A DNA stretch of 64,000 nt. It comes from Lingula anatina. Taxonomy: Eukaryota; Animalia; Brachiopoda. Positions 26,315 through 40,803 of the stretch are shown here, piece after piece (the stretch's first letter is position 1; each line of letters opens with the position of its first letter). Below the pieces are notes generated by a model that saw only the letters and a list, made by a program, of their open reading frames with translations, was not told the origin of the DNA and did not search any database. A program made the translations under genes and the position numbers. The stretch is from the NCBI GenBank assembly GCA_051362555.1, contig CM120646.1, positions 23,622,001-23,686,000 on the forward strand, written 5' to 3'.

Positions 26315-28105
26315 ATAGTTTGTACATTGTAGCCTTGGCCTGCTTTATCTGAATACTAACATATCAGGGATGAGATATTTCCTGCCATTGGCAGATATCC
26401 AGCTTATTGAGAACCAAAATAACGCTTTTGAGATAAATGAAGATCTAAAAAAAAAAAATGGGGGGGGGGGGGGTAGGTCTGGACTCCACCCTTTATTTTC
26501 AGACATTCATTTAATAGCAATCACTGTATACAGTTATATTATTTTATGAAGTAGATCTTAACAAATATATATAGATTGTAGCATTTGCCTGGTTTATCTG
26601 AATACTGGTAATATAATTTTATAGGTATTAAGTTAGAAATATATATATATGTATTACAAAAATAACTACCTGCCTTCAGAAGTCTCTCAAGGTGATTTGT
26701 ACCTGGAGAAATTCATTATAGTAAATATTTTAAAAAGAGGAAGGTGAAAACCTGTGAAATATCTGTCAGGAAACCTCTTGCGCTCACGCTTTAAATATGA
26801 AATGGGAGAGTATTGATCCGGCTCTAATGACCTTTAGAAAATCAGGTCCTCCTCACTAAGGCCATGGTATATATAGGGAGAGAACCAGACGGTTTCCACT
26901 GTCCATGTTATCAAGACAAGTTAGGACACCACAGGTGATGTTAATACTAGTAAGCTGATTCAGGTAATTGTTAAATGTCAGGTGATTGTTCTTTTTGACT
27001 TGTTGTCATGTGGTTTCATTTGCCGTAGATTTCTGTAGATTTCGGGTGTTTCGTAACTCGTTATTTCCCTCCGTAGTCAAGATCATTAGAACATGGTTTT
27101 CCTTGTTTTCCAAGTTGATTACTGTCCTGCTATATTTTTAGAATAAAAAAATTAAAATTATAATTATTTGGCCTAATGTATAAAGATAAAAATTTTTAAT
27201 AAGTTTCCAATTAGAATTTGACTAAAACAGAGATGTAGGACAAAAACCCCTTATTTGGACATGTTTGATATAGGAAAGGGTGGTGTTCATTTTAATAAGA
27301 CATCCATTGTAAATAAGTACGTACTACCTTCCAGTGATTCCATTATTATCTCCTGTATTTCACTGAGATAAGATTACAATTAAATTCTCAGAGGAAGTTG
27401 GATATTTCTTGTATTCAGATGAAACAGAATTTAATTTAAACTGGTAATATGATACAGGATGTGTCAGGCTACTAGTACTTAAATACGCAATTCCTGATCA
27501 CTTTCAAGTAACAGTTGGATACAATATTATTTGAAGTGAGCAAGGGACGTATGTGGTATATTTATGACTATTTTTTCTAATCAGTAATTAATCTTGGTTT
27601 TTATATTTTATTAGTACTGTGAGTTATAATAGTAATTACGAAGCATGAGATGATTTTATGTTAGGTATCTTAATTGATTAGGTCTCAGGCTTTTGCAGAT
27701 TTTCTTTTTGTAGCCACATGTGGTTTATTAGTACACAGTAAATAAGGATATGTGTATATGTAGTATTTAGTTTTGGCAAATAACTGTTGCAATTTCAGTA
27801 GTGTTTTAGTATATGCCCCTCGTAACTTAAAGTACCAGGGTAAAGTCAAGAAATTTCATGGTCCAGGATGTTGTTCATGTTGCTGTGTGTGGGACGTGCC
27901 AGACAATTAGGCTGATTACATTGACTGCGCCTTGGTGAGAATCCCCACTGAGATAAACTGATCTAGCTGGACCAATAACTGTTACACTGAACACAGCCTA
28001 AGATATTCTTGTGCTTCATTTTTTCTGTCAGTAGCTAACACCAATTTTTTTACCATCATTGCCGATTTCATCATTGTATACAGCGTGTTATTATTTATCT
28101 TTTAG

Positions 28106-30288
28106 GTACAGCTATATCACCAAAGTTATTTTCTCCAACGAAACTGCGCTTCCCCAAACACATCCACACTCCAATGGATGACAAATTTCAGGAGATCGCA
28201 GATCACCTTCACCAACGCATTTTGGTAGACCCAGAATTAGCCAATGAAATTTCAGCGCCATATGAGCTTCCACAGTATCCCATTGAACAAAGAGAACAGA
28301 AGAACAAACTTGCACGCCAACTTAGTCACAAGTGAGTAAACAAATTTATATTGGACAGGCTTGGGTCTGATAAGAATCATTAATTCGCAGGGAAGAAATG
28401 TGAATTTTGCAGAGATTTCATTTTAGATAGGATGAGCTTAGATGTTTTACGTCATACTACTTGTAGATAGATGCTTGTTAATGGCTGAATTTGGGTTGAT
28501 CTAAAAGTACGCAGTTTTCATACACATTTTTTTTTTTTTTTTGCTAGAATCGTTGACAACAAAATAAAAAGTATAATTAAATACAGGAAACTTTGTCAAG
28601 GACTCCTCAAATTTTTTTATGCCACCATTAATGTAGCTGCTACAAAGCATGATGTCATGAATGGGGTCATGGTCAAAATGTCTTATAACATCTATGTTGC
28701 AATGCAATCACATTAGATTGTTTGCTCATTTATTGCTTTCTGTACACACATAATTGAGCTAAAAGTGTCTGACAAACACATTTTGATTTTGCTTTAATCG
28801 ATTGATTTTCTAGCGAGTTGTGCTTTTCTTGTATTCTGTTTCAGCCATCTCTGTAGTTGCCATGTTTTTGCTGAGATCAATGACATTTGCTCCTTGGGTC
28901 AGATGTACCTCTAATTACGCTGCCTAATTGATTACTAGTATAGAAATAGAACTGAAATAGGCGATTGTTTGAAATAATTACTACTGATTTTTAAAAGAGT
29001 GTGACATCTTTTGATATGTCATGTTTTTAATTTAGACTTTTACAATTTTTGGCATAACATATTACATGACTTATGGAGCAAGTTATACCTTTATTCTTCA
29101 ACAGTCTAATATTGACTTTGATTTAGAAGATATGAAATGATATCAGAGTTGTTGTTTTATACATCCCTTTACTTAACCTGTCTGAAGATTTTATTTTATT
29201 TATTTATTTTATTTTATTTTATTTTATTTTTGTAGTCGCGTTAATCAATTAAGAGTTTTAGATTATTTCTGTCACAAAATTTAGAGCAAATGCAACATTT
29301 TTGGGTCTTGACAGTCTTATTATAGATTTGAAGTTTTTCAGTTACAAAATTGAAAACATATTTGGATTCTTCTAATAATTTAATAAATTCTTCAAGATAT
29401 ATATTCACTTAAATGATGACCAGTCTGTTGAACATTGTAACTAAAATAACTTATGGGCCATCCTTTACTTTTCAGCTTGCAAAATTAAAGTAGTGTGTAC
29501 TATAGGATAACTAAATATTATCCTTATAAATACTACTTATTATCTTGATTGTAATTAACTGTGCTTTTTTACTGTAAAATATTAGAGTGTCTTTCATTCT
29601 CTGATGCATTGATGGTGCTCAATAATTAAAATATAAATCCACTTTCACTTTTCTCCCTCTCAGGATTCCGCCTGCTTGTTCAAAACTGTGTTTCAATGAG
29701 TGAGTGTTTGAAGCATTTCTATCCTCACACCACTTTCACTTTCACTTCAGTAGATGTAGCTTTCACCCTGGTGGCAGTTTGAAGAGCATTAATTCTTCGT
29801 ATGAATTTAATTTGGTGATAACAAAGAGAACATTTCCACCAGAAAATGAAACAATGATGATAATAAAGTAGAAAATGAAATTATCTTAAAAGAGTTGGGC
29901 CATTTGGCCATAAATTTTTATACTAGTAACAGATTCAGAAGTGAATGCATTATCTATAAAATTGATACCTCATAAGTGTATATAAAATATTTCTGGTGGG
30001 AATGGAGTCTTTCTGTTCACGTGGTTCATGGTGCAGTTTCACAAGACGCGGGGTGCACGCGGTGCATGCAGGGACAGGTGACACCAGGTGTGTTATCATT
30101 GTCCCAGTAATGTCAGGTGTGAAATGATGTCAGGTGTGCATGAAGAGTAATGACCTCTGTGGTAGTGACATCACAGAATACCGCCGTATGTGGTCCTGCA
30201 GATTGCATTGCTTTGTGTTTTTTTATCTTCATATCTGACCTGCAGGGGATTTGTTACCACTTGGTTATACTGTGATTATATCATAGTG

Positions 30289-30340
<52 letters not shown>

Positions 30341-33300
30341 TCATTTAGTGAAAGGATAGAAACTTCACTTTAGAAGATACAAGAAAGAGCAGTCTGATAG
30401 TAATGACATGAAATAATCAGAAAGAATTTTTTTTCCTTTTTTCGCTTTTTTTTTTTTAATTGCCCCAAAGCAGTACACATATTCTTGATTCAACATGGAG
30501 TTTTGATAAAAGGTAAAAAGTAAAATTGTGATGAGTAGAAACCAGCATATTGTGCATCTTGGGTTATAATGATTACGGACCAGCATGACGTCAACTTTTA
30601 TATTATCATTATTATGTATGGAACTTTGGCAGCCCTTTCACCTATCTTACAAAATATGTAGTCATTACAGAATTGCTGTTTACGTAATTAACACATTTTA
30701 GATGGAATTAAATAAAGATGGTTAAAATGGAAGCAGTCATAAATTGTGGTTGAAATTTGAAGTTTTAAGTAGATGTATAACATTGAAAATACCAAGTTAC
30801 AATCCAGTTAGATTGTAATCGACTGTCACTGTGCAGAAATACTTCTTCCTTTATCTAGAAAGAATCTAGCCAATTTTGTTATTGAGAAATTGGGGAAAAT
30901 CACTTCAGAATGAATTGGAAAGAAAATGCCTGCAAGATTAATTACATTGCTTTAATTAATGTTCAGCAGCAGAGCATTAACAATGTAATTTAGAAGCTAA
31001 AATAACCCAATTTTAAATAATTGACTAAATATACTCTACTCATAGCAAAGGCTTAATGAAGTGAAATGAAGTAATGTATTGATCTGAAAAAAAATGTTGG
31101 GAATGGGAAAAGAGAACTGTAAACTGTTTATTTCACTCAGGAAAATGAAGCAGACTGCCACTTGTGACTTGAAGTTATGATTTCTGCATGCAATTGCCGT
31201 AATTGTAATCGTAAGCAGTGACGCATGCAAGCATGCTTCCTTATTATTTACACGCATGGGTTTGTTTGTTTTCAATGTTGTGTCATATTTGTAAAAGCTG
31301 TTGGCTCATATATTGTCTGCAGAAGTCTCTGGGTAGTTTTGCCTTCAGTTGATGCAGCTACTTAGTGAAATGTCAAAGAGTCTGTAGGGTAATTTGATCA
31401 TCCTGGTATCTAGGAGCCTGCTTTAATTACAACCTGAAGATGTAGAAGTGTTCACAGAGCTATGTTCCTGGAATAACTGACATGTTTAATTATAGCAAAT
31501 TAACTGGAATGTGCTTTTATCACACCACTGGCTGATTTGACTGGTCAAGACATGTTGAATACCCCCCAGTGAGCCTCGTTTCAGTTACTCTATGATTACT
31601 CTAGGCAGTTGCTTAGCGACTAAATCTTATCACCTTGGCAACAGTCTGTCCAATATTTTGTCATATACTATCAGTAATTGAAACAAGATTCATAGGGGGT
31701 TGCCTTATACATAAAAAGGCCTGGTGAAGGAATTTTATGATATTTTTATTAGTTTTATTTTAAAGATTTAACGCTAACTCAGGGATATGATATTTTAATA
31801 ATGCAGAAACATATAGCCACTAACTAGGGGTAAGGGAATACTGAATGGTATGGGGTCCATGAAAGTGTCTATATCAGGACTTGGCTGACACCACAACCAA
31901 TATAGATATTTTACATGGACACCATACCCTTCATTGTCTCCTGCATATTAACCAATTAATGATTTTATAAGATATTATTCAGTTAAGTGAATTTAAAATG
32001 CAGTGAATGGCTTAATGTCTCCCATAAGTAAAAATAAGTCATTGGATTTAACGTAATATTTATTTATGTAACATAATACTTACCCAATTCTTTAAAATTC
32101 CTGCATCAAGTTCATTTTTGAGATAAAGAGGGTGTGCATATTAATAGTTGAAGATATTATGTTAGTTTTAACTCTAATATAAGTGTGGACACCGTGGTGT
32201 GATCAGGCCTTTTTTTTTTTTTTTTTTTTTTTTTTTGTGATACATTTGACACTGGTAGTAGTGAAGGGACTGAAAAACAAATTAACTCTGGGTTATGGTT
32301 TGGGTTTGTTTCATCATTTGATGTTGTGTTGTGGTCTTGTATTGCAACACCAAAAGGGAGGTGCTCTATTTAAAGACGTACACATTTTTCAGTATGAAGA
32401 TATGCAGTAATAGTAAAGTAGTACAAGGAATAATAATGCTCGACAGAAATTAAAATTAAAACAGTCTAAGGGTACTTGATGGCAGCTTTACCCCAGATAA
32501 TTATCTACTGAAATGTGTATTTATAGAAGTAATACTATTCCTTCAATTTTTTGTCATCAGTCTTTGGATATTTTAAATATTGCTTTTAATTTCCACACCC
32601 AGTGTCTTAGATTAAATGACTAGAACTTAATTTTTGTGTCTTTAAAAATAATACATGAAGTGAAAGAATGCCATGATGGTTGATGGTTTCCTTCCTTAAT
32701 TCTGTATGTTGTCTATTCTGTTGTTTAAGATCCAAGCAACATGCAGAGAGCGGCGGACACATGGGTCACATGCATGTGCACACACACGGCTCACATGTAC
32801 ACACACACGGGCCACTCGTACGCCAGGCGCACACAATGCAGGAAGAACTGGCCATGCTCAGTGAACAGGTAATGTGTGTACTTACACATCACTCAGTGAC
32901 AAGTGTAACTTTTATAGCAAGTTCATTTGGTGCTGTGTGAAAGAATAAATGAAAACAATTAAAGGGTCAGAGTTTTCAATTATTAAGAAGTAGGGAAAAA
33001 GTTACTACTTGTGTGTTTCAGCAGATTAAAAATAAAAGCCCTTGATTGGTGGGACTTGAAGTCAAGTTCTTCAGTGCATTTTTTAATTTTTTTTTTTTTT
33101 TCAATTTTGCAATTTTTGGAAAATTGAATTAAGTATTCTAGGTGACTCTAATTTTTGTGCAAAGAATTTACTTCCCTGACACCAAGTCTGTTAGATGACC
33201 TGTGTCCCTTTTGACTCTCTCTCTCTTTCAGGAGATGGCAGTGGATGCAGAGGAGGAGAGAGTGGAGGCGGAATGTTTGGAAACCGTGTTCCAGAGAGTC

Positions 33301-35780
33301 AGCATCAGCGGGGAGGACAACAGTGGGGTAAGGGTGATATCTGTTTTTGATATTTCCTTTTAGAAATATTCTTTGCATATATTCTCGTAAAAGGAGCCAG
33401 AGGGTACCATGAAAAAACTGGCCCATGTCTTTAATTCCAAGATCCTCTATATCTTTATACTCAGCCAATGCATGTATTCCACTAAATTTTGTTTTAAAGT
33501 AATATCAACATCTTTTGTCTCACTATCCCCCTAGGTACCACTAGCAGACCTGAAGGAGGCCTCTAAGAGCTTGGTGCGAGCTCTGCTGATCCGTGAGAAG
33601 TACATGGCGATGTCTTTACAGAGTTTCCCAGGTACCACAGCCAGACACCTGCAGAAGATGGAGGCCAAAGGCATCTTTGAGGGGGACGAGTTTGAAGAAA
33701 TTGAACACAATGCCAAAAATGGAGAAGGTGGGTTTAAGTCAGAATGAGGCTGTGTGGAGGAGAGGACTGAGTTGTGATTATTATGTGGTCTTAAGAGTGG
33801 CAATAAGCATTGAACAAAATGGATATTGTCTGGTTTGAGAGAGAGAAAGAATTGCCGGAAAAAATGGCAATGTTGTCGTTAAAGAGATGATAAGAGCCTT
33901 AAAAAACCAGGAAGCAAGGTCCTGAAAATCACTTTCTTAGCAGGTGGGTTGATATATAAGTGAAATTGGAAACTTCTTATTTGTTTTTAGTTTGTTTGAC
34001 ATCACAGAGGTTTGTGAAGTATTCACTCAATGAAGGCAGTACTTTACCTCTTGTTATGCATGAATGGCATGGTGTGTTATACTGTATTTATAGACATTTT
34101 ATTGCAATTTATTTTGATTTTAAAAAAATAAGTATTTAAATTTCATTATCATTTTTATTTATTTATTTTGTTAACGTTGACTTCTTTTGCGTGTCAGGTG
34201 GCAGTGCTAAGTGGGTTATGTACTATAATGCACAGTTTAATCCAGGTAGTTGTTTAATTCAAAGAAAACACCGTCACCATTTAGATGTGCAGTGATTGTG
34301 GTGGTGTCTGCATCAAGTTACTGACCTTAACTTTTTACTGTGTTATATTCTGCTTTCTGGTGTTAATAGCGTGACACATGTTAATTCTTACATTAATATT
34401 GTAAGGGTCTGTGAATTTGAATGAGCACTTCACTCACAGTACACATGCTTTTATGAATAATGTCATCCTTTTTTTTATAATAAGTTGTGATTTACTATTA
34501 ATAGAATAGAATACAGTATTGCAGCTGTATTTTTTAAAAGCTTATGAAGAACACTCCATTTTCTTTATTGTGTTTATCACTTAACCAGCACATTTCATTT
34601 TTTAACTGACGTTTTTTCTCCTAAATGCAAAATGCTCATTTCTAACAGCTTTTAGTGCTTCATGTTCTGCAATAGAGTAGCAACATTGTAGAATGCTCTT
34701 AAACTTCTCCTCCCTCCCCCCTCCAAAAAAAAAAAAGAAAGAAAAAGAAAACAAAAAGTAAAAAAAATAGCCAGAGATATGTTTTTGCTCTCCTTTCATC
34801 TCTCATTTTTGAACATAACAAATTTTATCAGTTTTTTCCAGGAGCAAGTGTTCCTCTCACACTAATGGATTGATTGATTGATTAATAATTATCTTGTACC
34901 AGTTAATACCCCTGTGGACTGTTATGTATACCATAAAGAGCTCAATACATTAATTTTGTCCTAAATTAACATTGATCCTGCCTTCCTTAATTTCATGCAT
35001 GTTACCCAACAAATGCACATTTGATATATCACGTTTTTTGTCCACATACCAAACTTTGCAAAACTATTAATAGTGATCATGATAAATAACCTTTTCATTC
35101 AATAACCTTGACCTGTTGAACTGAACATGATGACCTTGACCTGCTGACCTTGACACAGTGACTTGTTGTTTTTGTGGAACCTAAATATAAAAGCAAATAT
35201 TTCAATGATTTTTGTTTTGATAGAGGTATTATATAGCTTAGCTTTATTTGGATTAGGATCCTAATACAGTGTTGCTTATGTAATTGTTATAATTTCAAAT
35301 CTTCTGATATTCATCAGACTTACAAACTTAGTGAAAGAATTAAAGTTCAGGAAAGCCACATACTGTAATTGATAAATTGAATAATGAATGCCACCAAAAA
35401 CAATCCAATACAGCTTATGTTTTGTTGTTTTATTTCCTGTGCTATACAGTGTAAATTCATCCCACACCTTTATAAAGAGAAGAAGACATATTATGTACTC
35501 AGTAATTGTTACCATATCTTACCATGGCAGAGTACGTGGAGCCCCCAAACATCCAGTCAGATCCCTTCCACATCGAGTTCCCAGACGCAGTTGGCTGTCA
35601 CTTCAAGCTCCGCCATGGTGTGATGTATGTGTACAAAGACCAGGAGTGCGTAGAGAGAGATGAGCCCATAGAGTGGCCGTACCCTGACCTGGAAACCTTC
35701 ATAGATGACCATAACCTCATGTGTGTCCTCATGTCTGACGGACCTCTGTAAGTGGAGCTGAGAGAGAGAGAGAGGTTGAC

Positions 35781-35813
<33 letters not shown>

Positions 35814-38800
35814 AGTAAGATTGCACTGTTTCAGATTTATCATGAATATAGTTCCTAATTTTTCTTTGGCTAAAATAACCAGTTATTTGGCTACAAGAAT
35901 ATTGTCCCAAAGTGGTCTAAAATTATAGATTATTGATGACTCTTTCAAGCCAAGTTATCCAACATGCCCATAGATGGTGTCAATCTTTTGCATGTAATTT
36001 TAATTCATGGGTTGTGTTTTATGGTAAATGTGTCACTTACCCTGTGTAAACTATATCATATATTCCAGGAAGTCATTCTGCTACAGACGTCTGTCGTACC
36101 TGTCCTCCAAGTTCCAGCTTCACAGCCTCCTAAATGAGATGAGAGAGGCAGCGGCACAGAAGGAAGTGCCCCACAGAGATTTCTATAATATAAGAAAGGT
36201 GCAGTATTACAAGGGGATATTTATTTATCAACAAGGCTTTTGTTGCTCCAATAATGCTCAGTAATTTTGAATGAATATCAACAAAGAAAATTATGCATTG
36301 AGATGGTCAATTCTAGACTTGGATTTGATCAGGTGACTTAAAAATAGCACTTAAAGTAGGAAAATTTCTGTTGATTAATTGATGTTGATTTTGTAATACA
36401 GCAAATATATATATATAAAGAGGAGATGATATGGATTTGAAAGACATTAAATACAATACTACTACTACTGCTACTAACTACCACTACCACTACCACTACC
36501 ACTACTACTAACAACCACCACCACCAACAACAACAACATAGTGTCCAGGTTTTATGATTTATCTGCTGGTCCTCTTTCAGGTGGACACTCACGTCCATGG
36601 TACGTCCAGTATGAACCAGAAGCACCTGTTGAGGTTCATCAAAAAGACTATGAGGACCAGTGCCAGCGATGTCGTTTGTAAAGATAACAATGGCAAGGAG
36701 ATGACACTGGAGGAGGTAATGAAACCGATGATAGTGAAGCAAATTGGTCACATGCACACGCACACAGTCACACACATTCACAAGTTTTGTTTTTTTTTAA
36801 ATCTGACAAGGGGACAATTTTTCAAGTAATAAGAAGAAAGTATGTCACAAAAGTTATGGTTAAAAATAGTTGCAAAATTACGTTAATAACTCCAGCTACA
36901 AATTATTGTATTATAAAATGATAAGAATAATATGTGTGAATACCAGTATCTGGTGTTTTGGGGGAAAATATGTGTAAATTGTTCTAAAAAAACTTGGTAA
37001 TCCCCTTGTACTGTGCTTTATCCATGAAGTTTGGTGGTTTTCTTCTTTTGGACAGTAATGATATTTCAACTCTGTTTCAGGTTTCAGAACAGCTCCAACT
37101 GTTTAATATCCTTATGCATGTTGTAACAACACTAATTTGGTGATAGTATGGAGATTGGTGAAGCAATATTGTGTTTTATAAAAAATGGGGGTGGTTCTGG
37201 TGAAAATGGAGCTGAGAAGGAAGGTTATATTTGTATTACTGCAGTAACCTTCATTAACTCTGGTACAGTGAACGTCTCCCTTCATTTCCAGGTCTTTCAG
37301 TCAGTAACGTCTGCCAGAGAAAAGAAGACAGGTTCCCGAGATGACAAGAAAAGAGATGCAAGTTTTCTTTTTCTTTAATGTTTGTTTTCCTTCTTGCATC
37401 ACAACTGCTCGCCATCATCATTCTTCTTTCAATTGTTAAGTCTTAATTTTGGGGAAAAAACATGCTTGTTTTGGGTTTTATTTGCCCTCATCTTAGTAAA
37501 TAACATCAAGTTTACTATTTTTGAATACAAAATAAACATGATACCAGTTCTCTCATGTTAAACAGTCAATTTTGTTTAAATGTAAATTGCTTTTTGCTGA
37601 CACGAAAATTAAATATTTATATGAGAGATATCTGTGTACAAATTTCACTGTCGTCTATAAGTTAAGCTTCCCCTGCTTTTGTTGTAATGCATGTTACATA
37701 CAAGTGCTGTTCTTTAGCAGTACGTTATGAGTACGAGTTATTTCTTTCCCTGTAACTAGGGGAGAACCTGTCTGAAAAGTTTTGGGGGCTGGTTTTCTTA
37801 AAACTACACAGAAAATCTTTTACGTTTTTTTATGAAGTTTGTGATAAAAGAGCTTTTTATCTCTCTCTCTCTTTTTCACAAAAAAATCTTTTTCAGGTTT
37901 TTTTCTGCTCAATACATCATTTAATTTCCCAACAATTTTCAGTTTATATTATTATTTATCATGCATGTGGATGTTTTTTTAGCATTTTATGAGAACATTT
38001 CCAGGTGCTATCAAGGAGGGATATATTTTGTCTTTCATGTATTTTCCATGTTTATTTTCATGCATGACATATTGTACATACTTAAATTATGTAAATGAAA
38101 TTCACGTTGAACAGCTAAGCACCAGCAGATATTTTAGTTTAGCGTCCAGGCGCCTTTCTGTCGCTAGTCACGTGATAAACAGTAGCTCTCCATGTTGAGA
38201 AGGTTCATATCAGCTTCTCCTTGTAAACCCTGGTTAATGTGTTGATGATGAAGCTATTTCTGTTGTCAGGTGTTTGAAGGTCTAGGGCTGACAATGTATG
38301 ATCTGAATATAGACACCTTAGATGTCCACGCTGTGAGTTTATCGTCCTTGACCTGAGGGTTGACCTTTGACCTGTGTGATGACCTTGACCTGAATATTGA
38401 CCCCCTGCATGCCCATTATGTTGCACATAGCCGCATGTTAACTCTCAGCAGTTTCACATCCCCAAGTGCTTCTTGAAGTGTGATTTTACAGGGTTTTCAC
38501 AATGGATTTAAAGAAATAACTGTTTTATAATGACTTACCCACGTTAACCCTCTCTCTTCCATCAGCTTATTAACCCTATTTCTCTCTGATTTTGGTATTT
38601 TGCAGGTTTTTCAGAGTTTAAACTTGACAGCGTATGATCTCAATGTTGACATGCTTGACGTGCATGCCGTAAGTTTCACAGTAACATGTGACAGTTTTTG
38701 ACTTTTGAATTTGTGTTCACCTAAGGTATATTAACATACAGATTAATTGCGGTGTGATTTCTATTGAATTTGTTCACCTTTTGTTGCACAATTTCCAAGA

Positions 38801-40755
38801 GAATTTTTCAAGCAGACATTTGTGTTTTTTTTAATGATTATCATCCAGGATGAAATAAATATTGAATACCTCTTTCTAAGACTGGGCTCCCACAGATTTA
38901 AATTGATCCATCTGGATCAACCTAACTCTCTGGGGTTTCACACTAAAATGCAGTCAGCCGAGCATGCATTAAAGTTGATTACCCCCTTACAGCTTTTAGT
39001 AGGTGGGACAGACATTTAAGCTGGCTAAGCTGATAGCAATCTAATGACACTCCCCACGGGGATTGATCGATCTAAAACCTGTGCGAATGCAGTCTAAAAC
39101 CCTGAAAGAGAAGTTTATAAGGCTTTTGCATAGTTTCTTATCTAATAGTTTAGTAGAAACAAGTAGGATTTATGTAGAGGTTCTCTTTTTGTTATGGTTT
39201 TAATTGCACAGAAGTCTTTTGTTGCTCATAGTATTAGTAATCTTTATCCTCCTTTTCTTTTCAACTTTTTTAGTGTTTTGATTTGGATCTTGGTTCTTGG
39301 TATTCATTTCAGTTTTGCCTAAGCTTTAAATTAGTGGTTTAACTTGTTTAGTTTCATATAGCTGTTATATATTAGTTACTTTCATTACCTCTTCTTACAT
39401 TCAATTTGTTTAATTTGATCAGAGTATCTGAATGTGTATTTTGGCAATCTTATTTGATGTAAAATAAAATATTCATTTTTGAAAGTATATAAGACTCATG
39501 TTTGTATCTTACACACACGCGCACACACACACATTCACACACACGCACACACACACACACACACACTTGCCTGTATTGCCCCTGTATGTGACCTTCCCGT
39601 TTCTATCCATGCGTAGGACCGTAACACGTTCCATAGATTTGACAAGTTCAATGCCAAGTACAACCCTATTGGAGAGAGCAGACTGAGAGAGATCTTTCTG
39701 AAGACAGACAACTTCTGTAAGGGCAAATATCTGGCCAAAGTGCTCAAGGTAATCTCTCCTCTTTATATCTGACTTGATTCGTATTCATTTTATACTTCGA
39801 GCCTTGTTGCAAACTTAAAGCAAAGCAAAGTTATTTTGTAGCAAAATATTGATGATCAGTTTCAGCTACTTACTGAAATGTAGATATTGTTCCAAGAATA
39901 AAGCCTACTAGTTTATCCAAGACTTTAATGAAAAATCTTCAAGAGTTTATTTATAATTCAAGGATGGACCAACTGCAACACTTTCACATATGGATTCCTA
40001 TGTCACCCAGCTACCATAGCAACAGCATTTAACAAGATTTAAATATCAGCAGTGTGTATTATGCTTGTTTAACAAATAAGAGAAGAGTTCTAAATTAATT
40101 TAAAATCAACATAAACTATTTCTACTCCCTCTCCAGGAAGTTCTGAGTGACCTAGAGGAGAGTAAATACACCAATGCGGAACTGCGGCTGTCTATCTATG
40201 GTAAGAGACAGTCAGAGTGGGACGACCTCGCCAAGTGGGCTGTCACTCACAAGATGTACTCTCCCAATAACAGGTGGATGATTCAGATGCCCAGATTATA
40301 GTAAGTTATGGTGTGAGAGAGATGTATATTCACGCTTATGTAATGATGAATTTTCTGCATTAAAAATGCTTTAATGCTTTAAGAAAAGTTAAGTCTGCAA
40401 AACTACATGTATAAATGCATGTTTGATTGACTTTATTTAAACTCGTAATGGATTTGATAATAGAAATGGCTGATGTGGTCTGAATAGGGCCTTGCTTTTG
40501 AAGTGGAGTCGCCCATATTTAGTCAGGGTATCAGTTAGTACTCAGATGTTAAAGAAGAGCTGCTGCCATCACAAGGACACCACACTGACATCTCTCACTC
40601 TGTATGTCTCCTGTTATTTCAGTGATATCTACAAGAGCAACAATCTGATCCAAAACTTCCAGGACATCATTGAGAACCTGTTTCTTCCTCTGTTTGAAGT
40701 CACCAATGACCCCAAGAGTCACCCTGAGTTACACATGTTTCTACAACATGTGAGT

Positions 40756-40803
<48 letters not shown>

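Noticed and set aside
34842-34872. Acceptor-like TTTTTTCCAG in the AMPD intron as an extra exon
   Set aside because: Stop after 10 codons in the required phase, no donor, and no other support.
37081-37122. Possible fourth degenerate copy of the AMPD duplicated exon ([14 protein letters not shown] after TTTCAG)
   Set aside because: Only 42 nt, weak similarity and a weak donor (GTAACA). It cannot be distinguished from chance by eye.
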